A stretch of DNA of 64,000 nucleotides. It comes from Sumerlaeia bacterium (lineage in GTDB: Bacteria > Sumerlaeota > Sumerlaeia > SLMS01 > JAHLLQ01). Shown piece after piece: positions 43,601 through 54,255 of the stretch. The translations under genes and the position numbers were made by a program. Numbering within the stretch: position 1 is the stretch's first letter; every line of letters starts with the position of its first letter. Under the pieces are notes generated by a model. It saw nothing but the letters and a program-made list of their open reading frames with translations. It ran no database searches and was not told the origin of the DNA. The stretch covers positions 160,001 through 224,000 of the forward strand of contig JAVJSW010000049.1 in the NCBI GenBank assembly GCA_040219255.1, in the 5' to 3' direction.

Positions 43601-43943
43601 CGAGAGCGGCGGCGAAATCCTCGACGAAGAACGCGCCATGGCGCTCGGCGAACTCAATCCCGGGCTCTACGCCTGCATTTCCTTCAGCGAACGGCGCGGC
43701 GTCATCGATGAAAGCCTCGCCGAACTGCTCCTCTCCTCCACCGGGTCGAGCCTGGGCCGCGGCAGCCTCGGCATGAGCGTCATGCTCTCCACCATCCGCA
43801 ACCACCAAGGCGCCATCGAAGTCCGCGGCGGCACCGCCACCCGCATCGTGCTGCTCCTGCCGGCCGACCAATCGATGCCCCTCAGCAGCGGCCAACGCCT
43901 CCTCAGCGGCGAAGGCTCCTCCATCGCGGCGGCTGGCGGCTAA
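40683..43943 (+). CDS. membrane PAS-GAF-GAF-PAS sensor with a degenerate histidine-kinase module (probable pseudokinase)
   Basis: N-terminal TMs, PAS (SERRFRHFFEGASDPIFLVD...RDIS), two GAF domains, a second PAS; H-box reads AGIGQDF. Confidence 0.85.
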   Translation: MGAELLTQIYLSTIYVVALVAFLYLHLILRRTYFLLWAGAWSCVLLRSLLRIHVIENSMDGATEAEVFIFEAIGNLVLYLGLLSSAAGVYLFFRRKVPEHIIYVVGLGGVVLGAMPLALVDGRLFLKALLAGVLVGGATIANGLLFFLIHKGPKSISVTLTGALLILGGTYRILLPFLSPVYYLPEVSGYGDSLLLPIFEVFITLLVLCLSVVIALEQVRGDLIDSERRFRHFFEGASDPIFLVDPEDGRIHNVNPRCSDLLGYEQSQLLTMRIQDLAAPEQGTSPAGLLSKLRYKGTGPDVVQTHHRHRDGRLIPISLTRAPIRVDGRDMLIVHTRDISDLRAQERALASRISQLQAVQRIATVLTRTLSVQDIGPVLFESLQRLLDLDFFAVDRLAGTPENPIPLPISAMKVVNGVMTRMPTTGETGLRHAGGGLTLEELQPLIEDRHARLVRRTQEEADIASDYPGACRTLIVLPMIAGDEVIGLLSLGSSQPHAFDGGQIDLLQHTASIAAIALRNAMLYETQQAQTLRQKTIADLGPRLITEHDSVQVAAVVAEALREFLDLQGVEIWLCSEDPHVSHLTLQYPVREANPIALAGGAEAQTIDMNAIRACFAAGREFVINNCSKSPLIPRSWREELGLLSCLAAPILVGQRAIGVIRLDCTTRYNRFQDEDVEFVRLVTQIAAAALESSRLFQRVQASEQRFSQLIQASSIGIAILRDDRLEFANATFQDMLDLADLPITALSIFEMVPEENEAAWQRMLELAAKGREGHIEGWMQRPDGNRIWAEVSAGLINYGGVRAIQLLVEDVTEKRAAEAQRASDLRVRSIGTLTAGIGQDFQELFSAMLGHIGYLKMQIGSPFGSSGMDTEPLESSILAVEGAIMRALDFTRQLMSFAETSEGGVAILDINGVVMSASKLYENLPSERPRMKFALAPDTPRLRGSEDQLRQALLNLMVALGERAGENNTLLVESGGEILDEERAMALGELNPGLYACISFSERRGVIDESLAELLLSSTGSSLGRGSLGMSVMLSTIRNHQGAIEVRGGTATRIVLLLPADQSMPLSSGQRLLSGEGSSIAAAGG

Positions 43944-45961
43944 GGCGTCTTGTCCGCGGCGATCTCCGCGAACACCTCCTCGAAAATCGGCCCCAGGTAC
44001 TTCTCCGCACCATAGCGCGTCAGATGGTTGTCGTCGCGGTAGTGTGAGCGTTCGGAGTAGATCTCCAGCCGGCCCTCGGAATTGTCGAAGAATGCCAGGG
44101 TTGGATCGATGACGGTCAGGTTGGGGTGATCGCCCAGGTTTTTCAGGACACTCTCGAAACAGGCCTGCCGCTTCTCGTGCTCGGCTCGTGTGGTGGTGTA
44201 GCGTTCCATACTGTTGAAGAGCGGGTAGCGGAACGTGTAGGAAAAATGCCGCGCGGTGTGATAGTTGTCCGTCTCGGGAACCTGCTTCAGGAGCCAGACG
44301 CGCACTCCAGCATCCTCCAGAGTCACGATCATCCCTCGCAGGTGTTCCTCCAGAACGGCCTCCGCGTGGCTTTCCGTAATGCGATCCAGGCTCATCTTTG
44401 GGTCATCGGTGACAAGGGTGCCCTTGGGCGACTTGCCCAGTTCGACGCGCAGTTGGCTCTGTCCGGAACAGGAGACGGACCATCGTTTCACCAGGATGAC
44501 GTCCGATACACCTCGTTCGAAGATTCCCGTTAAGGTCGCGGCGTTCGTCTCAAGCGCCCAGGCACGCTCCTTTGGCGTGGAATCGACTCGCCAGAGGCCG
44601 GGAATAGGCGTTGAGCCTCCTTCAAGATAGGCCTCCCCCCGCAAGCCCGCTTCGGCTGCTTTGCGGTCAACCATGTCGGAAATGGCGAGCGCGTGGCTGT
44701 CGCCCCAAAACACGAAGTCCGGCGGGGCGTTGGCCGTGGAGGCCTCGGCGCCGATGGGGACGGGCTCGCCGTCCTCGCCCATGCTGAACTCGCGGCCTCT
44801 CCAGTCGATGTCCTCACGATAGATGGCAAACCGGTCGTCGAGTCCCGGTCTTTTCGAATACCCCAACACCCCCACTGCCGCCACCAGCAACCCCGCCGTG
44901 ACGGCGCCTCCGAAGGCGAAAGCGCTCTTCCGGGTCTTCAGCACCGTCTTGCGGCGGAACGGGTTTTCGATGAACTTCCACGATAGCACCGACATCCCGA
45001 ACGACAGCGCCAGGATCGCCGCCAGCGCCACCCCGTCACGCTCGATCAGGACGTAGTTTCCGAACACCAGCAGCGGCCAGTGCCACAGATAGAGCGAGTA
45101 CGAAATCAGACCCACAAAGACCATAGGCCTCCACGCCAGAAGCCGCCCCGACCAGGTCAGCCCCTGCGTATTCGCCCCCATCACCAGAACGGCCCCCAGG
45201 ACCGGCACGACGGCGTAGGCGCCGGGGAAGGGCAGGGACTCATCGAACACCAGCATCGACAGTACAATCAGCCCCAGGCCTGCCGCCGAGAGCAATTCCC
45301 GCACGTCGCCGCGCCATCGCAGGTCCCGCTGCTTGACACTCAAGAGCGCCCCCGCCAGCAGCTCCCACGCGCGGAACGGCAGCCACAAGAAAGCCAGTTT
45401 CTGGTGCGAATCGGTCATCAGGATGGACAGGAGCAGACTCGCCGCCAGCAGTCCCCCGAACACCGGCAGCAGCCATCGCCGCCCCGCCCGGAAGCAACCC
45501 AAGGTCAGCAGCGGAAAGAGCAGATAGAACTGCTCCTCCACCGCCAGCGACCACGTGTGCAGCAGCAACTTCATCTCCGCTTCCTGAGCGAAATAGCCAT
45601 CATCGGCGGCGAAATAAAAGTTCGCCCCCATCACCGACTGCGCGATGGCCGACTCGGCCAGCAGGCGCAGGTCCTCCGAGTCCAGAAGCCAAAGCCCCGC
45701 ACCCAGCACACACAACACCATCGCCGCCAGGGCAGGCAAAATCCGCCGGATGCGCCGCACCCAGAAATTCGCTAGAGAAAAATCGCCGCGTTCCAGGTCC
45801 CGCAAAATGATCGACGTGATCAGGAATCCCGAAATCACAAAGAACACATCCACACCCACGTACCCGCCCCGAAACCCCAGGTCCGCGTGAAACAGCACCA
45901 CACCCAGCACGGCCACGGCCCGCAGACCGTCGATATCGGGGCGATAGGCGATGTTCGACAT
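43940..45961 (-). CDS. OafA-type O-acyltransferase (AT3 plus SGNH)
   Basis: YRPDIDGLRAVAV, FFVISGFLIT, HTWSLAVEEQFY, GDSHA, DDNHL. Confidence 0.93.
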   Translation of the reverse strand: MSNIAYRPDIDGLRAVAVLGVVLFHADLGFRGGYVGVDVFFVISGFLITSIILRDLERGDFSLANFWVRRIRRILPALAAMVLCVLGAGLWLLDSEDLRLLAESAIAQSVMGANFYFAADDGYFAQEAEMKLLLHTWSLAVEEQFYLLFPLLTLGCFRAGRRWLLPVFGGLLAASLLLSILMTDSHQKLAFLWLPFRAWELLAGALLSVKQRDLRWRGDVRELLSAAGLGLIVLSMLVFDESLPFPGAYAVVPVLGAVLVMGANTQGLTWSGRLLAWRPMVFVGLISYSLYLWHWPLLVFGNYVLIERDGVALAAILALSFGMSVLSWKFIENPFRRKTVLKTRKSAFAFGGAVTAGLLVAAVGVLGYSKRPGLDDRFAIYREDIDWRGREFSMGEDGEPVPIGAEASTANAPPDFVFWGDSHALAISDMVDRKAAEAGLRGEAYLEGGSTPIPGLWRVDSTPKERAWALETNAATLTGIFERGVSDVILVKRWSVSCSGQSQLRVELGKSPKGTLVTDDPKMSLDRITESHAEAVLEEHLRGMIVTLEDAGVRVWLLKQVPETDNYHTARHFSYTFRYPLFNSMERYTTTRAEHEKRQACFESVLKNLGDHPNLTVIDPTLAFFDNSEGRLEIYSERSHYRDDNHLTRYGAEKYLGPIFEEVFAEIAADKTP

Positions 45962-46158
45962 GGACAGGGCGCGACTCTCTAGGGTGGGCAACGGATCGTT
46001 TCTCGCTTGTAAGCCCCCACGCCCCGTTCAGTGCAACCGCGAACCGCCCCCGCGCCCACGGAAATCGCCCCGCGCGCCATTCCCCCTTGCGCCCCGGCGC
46101 CCCGCGTCCGCTATGACAGGTCGCAACAATTCGGACTACGTGAGGATACGATCGGCTC

Positions 46159-47040
46159 ATGGCCATTCTTGTCACAGAAAACACCCGCCTGATGATCCAG
46201 GGCATTACCGGCCGCGAAGGCCAGTTCCACGGCCGGCAAATGCTCGACTACGGCACCAAGGTCGTCGCCGGCGTCACCCCCGGCAAAGGCGGCCAGACCG
46301 CCCTCGGCACCGTCCCCGTCTTCAACACCGTCCAGGCCGCCGTCGACGAAACCGGCGCCAACACCACCATCATCTACGTCCCCCCGGCCTTCGCCGCCGA
46401 CGCCGCCCTCGAAGCCATCGAAGCCAACCTCGACCTCGTCATCATCATCACCGAAGGCATCCCCACGCTCCAGATGATGACCGTCTATCATGAAGCCAAG
46501 CGCCGCGGCGTCGTCGTCATCGGCCCCAACTGCCCCGGCGTCATCAGCCCCGGCATCGCCAAAATCGGCATCATGCCCGGCCACATCCACAAACCCGGCC
46601 GCGTCGGCCTCATCAGCCGCTCCGGCACCCTGACCTACGAAGTCGTCGACGCCCTCACCAAAGCCGGCGTCGGCCAGAGCACCTGCGTCGGCATTGGCGG
46701 CGACCCCATCATCGGCTCCACCTTCGTGGATATCCTCGCCCACTTTGAAAAAGACCCCGACACCGACGCCGTCGTCGTCATCGGCGAAATCGGCGGCACC
46801 GACGAACAAGACGCCGCCCGCTTTGCCAAAGAGCACATGACCAAGCCCTGCGTCGGCTTCATCGCCGGCCGCACCGCCCCCCCCGGCAAACGCATGGGCC
46901 ACGCCGGCGCCATCATCAGCGGCGGCGAAGGCACCGCCCAGGAAAAACTCCAGGTCATGCGCGACAACGGCGTCGCCACCTGCGACCTCCCCAGCGAAGT
47001 CCCCGCCCGCATCCAGGAAGTCCTCGCAGCGCGGGTGTAA
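46159..47040 (+). CDS. sucD: succinyl-CoA ligase alpha subunit
   Basis: [29 protein letters not shown]. Confidence 0.97.
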   Translation: MAILVTENTRLMIQGITGREGQFHGRQMLDYGTKVVAGVTPGKGGQTALGTVPVFNTVQAAVDETGANTTIIYVPPAFAADAALEAIEANLDLVIIITEGIPTLQMMTVYHEAKRRGVVVIGPNCPGVISPGIAKIGIMPGHIHKPGRVGLISRSGTLTYEVVDALTKAGVGQSTCVGIGGDPIIGSTFVDILAHFEKDPDTDAVVVIGEIGGTDEQDAARFAKEHMTKPCVGFIAGRTAPPGKRMGHAGAIISGGEGTAQEKLQVMRDNGVATCDLPSEVPARIQEVLAARV

Positions 47041-47096
47041 GGCTCCGCCGCCCGTTCGTAGTCCCGCCGCCCGGCGGAAGAAAGTCACTCCATCGC

Positions 47097-47143
47097 AAGC
47101 CGCCGCATTCTCCTTCAAGGCAGAGTGCGGCGGCTTTCTTTTC
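47097..47143 (+). terminator. rho-independent terminator after sucD
   Basis: AAGCCGCCGCATTCT...AGAGTGCGGCGGCTT stem followed by a T-rich tract. Confidence 0.8.
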
Positions 47144-47217
47144 GTTCTTTCATCTTTACCTCTTGAGCAGATAGGCCGCATCGTTCGTCCACCAGTTCAA
47201 GCCAAGAGGACGATCCG

Positions 47218-48600
47218 ATGTCCGACGAGAAGTTGCTCAGTAAGACGCTCACTTTCGGTGTGGGCTTCCCCTACGCTTTCAATGTCAGGAAGGGCACCAT
47301 TGAACCCCTTCAGGATGATGTGCGGAAAGCGGTCTATGAACACATGCGGCGCGCATCCTGTGCGGTTGCCCAAGCCTGCAACATCGAAACCGCCAAACGG
47401 TACGTTCAGGTAACCCTCGGGATCGACAAGTCCCAGGAGGAAATTAAACCATCCAACCCCGCCCTGCGCAAGCGCGTTGCCGATTGTGACTGGATTGCCG
47501 GGGGAACTCTTTCCCAGTCCTATAAGCTGACGGACCCACACTTCGCGGGTGACCATGGTAAGGAGCTTATCACAGTCGGTTCGCGCCAACTCCCAACCCA
47601 TCGCACCGACGGCTCCCATCCAATCCCTTTTCGCCATGATGGCACACGCCTTTTCCTGCATGAGAAGGCCTACTGGCTTTGCGTTCAATTGCTTGAAGTC
47701 AAGTACGCAAAAACCAACAATCTGCCCAATTGGCTGGCCTTTCCCATCATCGCCAAGAAACGGGACAAGACACTCAATGGTCAACTCCAGCGGCTGACCA
47801 CCGGGGAATGGATGCTACGCAATTCGCGCCTCGCCCGGAACATGCGCCGCAAAGGCCCCCGGTGGAATGGCCAGGTCGTCCTGCAGTACAAACCCGAACC
47901 GTACAAGACCCTCAATCCCGGCGTCGTGATGGGGATCGACCTGGGGGTCAATGCGCCGGCCGCCATCCATATTCGCCCCCAGGGCTCGGAAGCCGGTGAG
48001 CATTGGGCCATGATCGTCGGCAACGGTCGCCAACTTCTTGCCTCGCGCAATGTCATCCGGTCGGAAATCCGAACTATCGTCCGCGGCCTCCGCGCCAAAG
48101 ACAGCGGCCTCATCGGGGGCGCCCGCGCTCAGGCCCAGGAACGACTCCGTGACCTTCGCAAAAAGGAAAAAGCCATCATCAAGACCGGCTCTCAGCGAAT
48201 CGCCAAACAAATCGCCGAGGCCGCCCGCCGCAATGGCGCTGGGACGTGGCAACTGGAAGACCTGAAGCTCAAGGGTGGGCTCAAGGAAGACAGTTGGCTG
48301 GCCCGCAATTGGGCGCCGGGGACCCTGATCGACGCCATTCGATGGAACGCGCAGAAACTTGGCGTGAGCCTCGTGCTCGTCAATCCGGCTTACACGTCCC
48401 AGCGCTGCGCCAAGTGTGGCCACATTTCCCGGGCGAATCGCCCCAAGGCCAGCAAAGGGCAGGAGCACTTTCAATGTGTCGCCTGTGGCCGCAAAGAAAA
48501 CGCCGACAAGAACGCCGCCAGAAATCTGTCCATCACCGGCATTCAGGACTTGATCGCTGCCACGGTTCCGCCTAAAGAAGAGTCCAATGGCTCTGAATAG
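47218..48600 (+). CDS. cas12f: miniature type V CRISPR effector, Cas12f1-like RuvC nuclease (TnpB superfamily), 460 aa
   Basis: RuvC-I VMGIDLG, RuvC-II GTWQLEDL, zinc finger YTSQRCAKC...FQCVAC, RuvC-III NADKNAARNL. Also matches recalled AsCas12f1 segments (GNLSQ, ILSGEY, GTIQMEDL, QNW). Adjacent to a CRISPR array. Confidence 0.88.
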   Translation: MSDEKLLSKTLTFGVGFPYAFNVRKGTIEPLQDDVRKAVYEHMRRASCAVAQACNIETAKRYVQVTLGIDKSQEEIKPSNPALRKRVADCDWIAGGTLSQSYKLTDPHFAGDHGKELITVGSRQLPTHRTDGSHPIPFRHDGTRLFLHEKAYWLCVQLLEVKYAKTNNLPNWLAFPIIAKKRDKTLNGQLQRLTTGEWMLRNSRLARNMRRKGPRWNGQVVLQYKPEPYKTLNPGVVMGIDLGVNAPAAIHIRPQGSEAGEHWAMIVGNGRQLLASRNVIRSEIRTIVRGLRAKDSGLIGGARAQAQERLRDLRKKEKAIIKTGSQRIAKQIAEAARRNGAGTWQLEDLKLKGGLKEDSWLARNWAPGTLIDAIRWNAQKLGVSLVLVNPAYTSQRCAKCGHISRANRPKASKGQEHFQCVACGRKENADKNAARNLSITGIQDLIAATVPPKEESNGSE

Positions 48601-48775
48601 AGCAGTTCGCCTGGGTGAATTGGAATCTCGCGATTCCTCTTCGGCTGGACGTGTGGCCTTCTCGCAGGCCAATCGGACCGGACCACTCCGGAGAGTGAAT
48701 CCGGATCCGGAAGTCGCTTCTCGCAAGCGATGGCTGTCCCGATATCGGGACATGATACCTCGATTTCTTCCGCCA
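48601..48775 (+). ncRNA. candidate tracrRNA; boundaries approximate
   Basis: Five hairpins between cas12f and the leader. CCTCT (48636-48640) is complementary to the repeat 3' end AGAGG. CCTCGATTTCTTCC (48758-48771) is complementary to the repeat's last 15 nt with G:U pairs, one bulge and one mismatch. Confidence 0.6.
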
Positions 48776-48938
48776 ACCCCAAGCCAACAGGCTAAACCGG
48801 GGAGGACGGCGAAAACTGAAATCGTTGAGCTTAGGCGAAATTCTGAGCCCTGTGCATGGCGTCGGAAGGAGGGTCAAGGCGAGGTCGGCGATGCCGCTAA
48901 TCTTCGCCCCTGAGTTTGTTGACTTTGAGACATGGGCG
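48771..48938 (+). promoter_or_regulatory. CRISPR leader
   Basis: Directly upstream of the first perfect repeat; contains CGCCAACCCCAAGC...GGGGAGGACGGCG, resembling class 1 leader motifs. Confidence 0.6.
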
Positions 48939-49766
48939 GTCGCAACTCGCGCTTAGGCAGGGATCAGAGGGGAAAGCTCCAGCACCGCCGGACCGCCCCC
49001 GTCGCCCGTCGCAACTCGCGCTTAGGCAGGGATCAGAGGGAGTACACGCTGCTCGATCCGCCGCTGAACATCAAGTCGCAACTCGCGCTTAGGCAGGGAT
49101 CAGAGGTGTAAGCAACTACTCAGAGACGCAGAGGAGAAAGAGTCGCAACTCGCGCTTAGGCAGGGATCAGAGGAACGTTTTGCCACACGGTTCGCAGTTC
49201 GGCATCCGTCGCAACTCGCGCTTAGGCAGGGATCAGAGGTTTTCTTCGACCCTTGGCATCATGAGCGAGAAATGTCGCAACTCGCGCTTAGGCAGGGATC
49301 AGAGGAACGGCTGGGTCAAATAACGTCAAGCGGTACGCGTCGCAACTCGCGCTTAGGCAGGGATCAGAGGCTCTTCTCCCGGAAGGAAATCACCGAATTG
49401 CGAGGTCGCAACTCGCGCTTAGGCAGGGATCAGAGGAACGTCGACCCGGATGGGCACGAGAAGCACGTCCGTCGCAACTCGCGCTTAGGCAGGGATCAGA
49501 GGGAGATGCCAACGGGCGAGACCACCCCAAGACGATAGAGTCGCAACTCGCGCTTAGGCAGGGATCAGAGGACCATCACGGCGGTGGCGGCATAATGGCT
49601 GAGCGTCGCAACTCGCGCTTAGGCAGGGATCAGAGGGGTGTCCAGGTAGGTGTTGTGCAGCCCGGCCCCCGTCGCAACTCGCGCTTAGGCAGGGATCAGA
49701 GGACGGCTCGCCGGTTCGTACGCGCAACCAGCGCCAGGTCGCAACTTGCGCCCAGGCAGGCATCAG
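48939..49766 (+). CRISPR. CRISPR array: 12 identical 32-nt repeats GTCGCAACTCGCGCTTAGGCAGGGATCAGAGG, 1 degenerate truncated repeat, 12 unique spacers of 33-37 nt
   Basis: Repeats start at 48939, 49008, 49075, 49142, 49208, 49274, 49339, 49405, 49471, 49540, 49605 and 49671. The degenerate copy at 49738 marks the trailer end and supports + orientation. Confidence 0.98.
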
Positions 49767-49806
49767 CCCCCCCCACACCGTTAAAACCCACAAGTTTAAC
49801 CGCCCT
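49767..49806 (+). repeat. left copy of a 40-bp perfect inverted repeat flanking acnA
   Basis: CCCCCCCCACACCGTTAAAACCCACAAGTTTAACCGCCCT; its reverse complement is at 52909-52948. Confidence 0.92.
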
Positions 49807-50069
49807 TTGTCACGCGACAGGCCCGGCCGTTTCTCGTAGCTTGCTCTCCAGTTCGCTGCGAAGGAGAGGGCCCCATGCTCAGGAACCCGTTCACCCGATC
49901 CAGGTGCCGCCGTGGGGCGGCGTGCGCGCGGGCGCCAACACCCGCTTGCGTCCGCCGCACGGTTCTCGCTAAAGCCTTGTGTCATCGGCGGCGCCCGTTC
50001 GCGGGCGAGCAGGCCCTGTGCGCCGCGCGGTGAACTCAACACGTGTACCCTAAGATCAAGGATCGTCCC

Positions 50070-52760
<2,691 letters not shown>

Positions 52761-52908
52761 GAACCGCCGTGCGGCGTGCTGCGTTCCGCGTGCTTCGTAG
52801 AGGGCGCGGGGCGGAGTTGCGAGTGAGACGGACATGATGGGCGCTGCCTTTCCCGGGGTGGATTAGAGAGGGAGGCTAAGGGAAAGGCGGCGCGCTGTCG
52901 CGTGAGTT

Positions 52909-52948
52909 AGGGCGGTTAAACTTGTGGGTTTTAACGGTGTGGGGGGGG
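52909..52948 (-). repeat. right copy of the 40-bp inverted repeat
   Basis: AGGGCGGTTAAACTTGTGGGTTTTAACGGTGTGGGGGGGG. Confidence 0.92.
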
Positions 52949-52965
52949 GCGCAAGAGCAAGACAA

Positions 52966-52989
52966 TGGTGGGGACGTCAGGATTCACCT
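52966..52989 (-). other. tRNA 3'-end-like fragment (possible att-site remnant)
   Basis: Minus strand reads AGGTGAATCCTGACGTCCCCACCA: T-arm-like GAATCC, acceptor strand and ACCA. No 5' half is visible. Confidence 0.5.
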
Positions 52990-53142
52990 TAGGCCAGCAT
53001 TCTCTTCGATTCAGCTCGGATTGACAGGCGCACTCCGTAGCGATACGATGTCATTTGTGGTCGATTGCAATCTAGTCAATTGAACCACATATGATTTGAT
53101 TGTGCCTAGGAGATTGATCCACATCGAGAAAGATTGTCCTCT

Positions 53143-54210
53143 ATGAAAACTTCTCAACCAATTCAGAAGACCGAGTCCTTTGTCGCGATTGCCCATTCAA
53201 TCTACGTATCTAGGGGAGGAGCTTGGCCAAGCAAATCCGAATTACCTATGGGACTTGGAAATGGCTTGTTCATCGCTGATAAGGAGTATCTGATGGGAAT
53301 GGTTGACGTCGGTTGGCGCAGGCATGCTGATAGAGAAGTGAATAGACTCAAGCAATCTAACTTTGTCATTCTCAAGACAGGAAACTCGCACAGCCCCTTC
53401 GATTTTGATAAGAGCATCGAACTTCTAGCACATTGCGACCGTTTTTTTTGCGCTCTAGCTATGTGTGGAGTCGGATTCGGCGTTCAATCATTAAATTCTG
53501 GAGTTGAAATTATTGGAGAGTATTCAGGAGAGTCACCAGAGATCAGGAGCATGAGCTACATCCCAACATTCTACGGTCCTTGGAAAGGTTCTGAGTCTTC
53601 GTGGGAAGCAATTTCCCCTATTGATATATCAGAAAATGTCATCTTTAGAGCCCAAGCAATCACTTCCGGACTTGAGCGAATTGCCATGGCAGAGGGCGAT
53701 TATGAGAGGCTTAATAAGGCATACTACATGTGGGGCATTGGGATGAAGACGTGGGACTGCCAAGAAAGATTAATACAGTTCGTACGCACAATTGAATGTC
53801 TCTTCCCAGAGAAAGATTATGGAAAGAATAAATTTTGCGAGAATGGAAGAAAGAGCTTTTTCGTGTCGGCAGAAGCAGGTGGTGAAAAAAAATCTATCCT
53901 ATGGCGTTTGTATGAGATCAGGAATAAGCTGCAACACAATGCAAGCCTTTGTAGCGTCATTGAAGATTTCGGACCAAATGACGAGTCTAAGCATCGTGTC
54001 ATGGAACATTCCCTCCAGGCGGAGCTACTGGCATCTAATGCTCTTAGAAGGGTTCTTTCCAGCCCCAGCATAATACGTCATTATATAAATAATGATGCGG
54101 TCGAAAGTCTATTCGCAGAGTTGCCGAATTCTAAGTATGCTTGTTTAGGCCAAGACTTTGATGTCTTGCACGAAATTGACAGCCGCCGCTCCACTCAGAC
54201 CGAAGTCTAG
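53143..54210 (+). CDS. AT-rich hypothetical protein with a HEPN-type R-X4-H motif (ApeA-like HEPN?)
   Basis: LYEIRNKLQHN, preceded by FVRTIECLF; composition clearly more AT-rich than neighbours. Confidence 0.6.
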   Translation: MKTSQPIQKTESFVAIAHSIYVSRGGAWPSKSELPMGLGNGLFIADKEYLMGMVDVGWRRHADREVNRLKQSNFVILKTGNSHSPFDFDKSIELLAHCDRFFCALAMCGVGFGVQSLNSGVEIIGEYSGESPEIRSMSYIPTFYGPWKGSESSWEAISPIDISENVIFRAQAITSGLERIAMAEGDYERLNKAYYMWGIGMKTWDCQERLIQFVRTIECLFPEKDYGKNKFCENGRKSFFVSAEAGGEKKSILWRLYEIRNKLQHNASLCSVIEDFGPNDESKHRVMEHSLQAELLASNALRRVLSSPSIIRHYINNDAVESLFAELPNSKYACLGQDFDVLHEIDSRRSTQTEV

Positions 54211-54255
54211 GGGGTTTGCCGCTTAGTGAAGCCAAATATGTAGGTATCGAAGCCT

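Noticed and set aside
47218-48600. IS200/IS605 or IS607 TnpB transposon
   Set aside because: No tnpA or serine recombinase nearby, a full CRISPR array and leader follow, and the motifs fit Cas12f1 better.
47218-49766. Nuclease-dead Cas12f/TldR regulator or Cas12k CAST
   Set aside because: The RuvC D/E/D residues are intact, and no sigma factor or tnsB/tnsC/tniQ is present in the window.
52966-53040. Complete tRNA or tmRNA gene
   Set aside because: Only a 3'-end-like fragment; no anticodon arm, D arm or pairing 5' acceptor strand is visible.
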